Source: a virus
Lineage: Duplodnaviria; Heunggongvirae; Uroviricota; Caudoviricetes
IMG/VR virus record: IMGVR_UViG_3300014208_000001
Span: 293,318 to 355,825 of that record
Strand: one strand, 5' to 3'
DNA: 62,508 bases
The notes under the pieces are model-generated. The model had not been told where the DNA came from. It made no database searches and saw nothing but the letters and a program-made list of their open reading frames with translations. Shown here in pieces: positions 62,230 through 62,508 of this stretch (positions are counted from its first letter, which is position 1; each line of letters starts with the position of its first letter). The position numbers and the translations under genes are program-made.

Positions 62230-62508
62230 TCAGCCGTAAAGGAGATCGCTGGAGGGGTCACGCGGATCACGTCGAGCGGCTTCAATCGCTCGCGTGGCCG
62301 ACAAATCACCGCGTTGGTGTGCCACCGGCACAGCCACAATCTTGAATTGGACCACATCGCCGTCATGATTGCCGACGGTGAACACACCGTTCTCGTACTT
62401 CTGCTGAAGCACACACTTAAGTCCAACGAGTGGATGCACAACCTCCACGGATGACGCTTGCTTTGCCGGTGTCATTTTGAAAGCGTCAAGCACATTGGCG
62501 GTGATTTG
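62230..62508 (-). CDS. hypothetical protein (5' end outside the window)
   Basis: frame stays open to the window edge. Confidence 0.45.
   Translation of the reverse strand, partial: QITANVLDAFKMTPAKQASSVEVVHPLVGLKCVLQQKYENGVFTVGNHDGDVVQFKIVAVPVAHQRGDLSATRAIEAARRDPRDPSSDLLYG

Larger units (their letters stand above)
57056..62240. promoter_or_regulatory. 14 copies of a bipartite TTTAC(C/G/T)-N16-19-AAnA(G/A) promoter-like motif
   Basis: minus strand: 57056-57085, 57249-57277, 57366-57394, 57625-57653, 60976-61004, 61348-61376, 61713-61742, 62213-62240; plus strand: 57689-57718, 58281-58309, 58752-58780, 59055-59083, 59474-59501, 59932-59962; always co-oriented with the downstream genes. Confidence 0.7.

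Noticed and set aside
57050-62508. Host chromosome flanking an integrated prophage
   Set aside because: Only tiny phage-like hypothetical genes with repeated leaders are present; there are no housekeeping genes, integrase or att/tRNA site.
1-62508. tRNA, rRNA, group I/II introns, reverse transcriptase or DGR
   Set aside because: No cloverleaf, rRNA, RT motifs or template/variable repeat pairs were recognised by eye; a covariance-model scan was not possible.

Overview
This window is a segment of a large, jumbo-type bacteriophage genome read in the standard code. About 1-57.0 kb is strongly AT-rich and densely coding. From about 57.0 kb to the end the sequence switches abruptly to GC-rich. The main result is a DNA polymerase III alpha (DnaE) encoded in four separate ORFs over about 11.4 kb (4693-16055). 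Two different naturally split inteins join pieces 1+2 and 3+4, and a third, intein-free break with a partial domain duplication separates pieces 2 and 3. A free-standing endonuclease fills the first intein gap, and HD, macrodomain and hypothetical genes fill the second. The AT-rich part also carries ThyX, RNase HI, NucS, a CsrA homologue missed by the ORF track, a large sugar-modification cluster next to a 1264-aa repeat structural protein, several proteins with an MKLSxxxE leader, and a family of small paralogues in a zone of extreme G-depletion on the + strand (about 48-56.7 kb). The GC-rich end is an array of small, often acidic genes. Many are preceded by a conserved bipartite TTTAC-N17-AAnAG promoter-like motif (14 copies), and five have a hairpin covering the RBS. 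All calls come from motif recognition by eye; no database searches were run.
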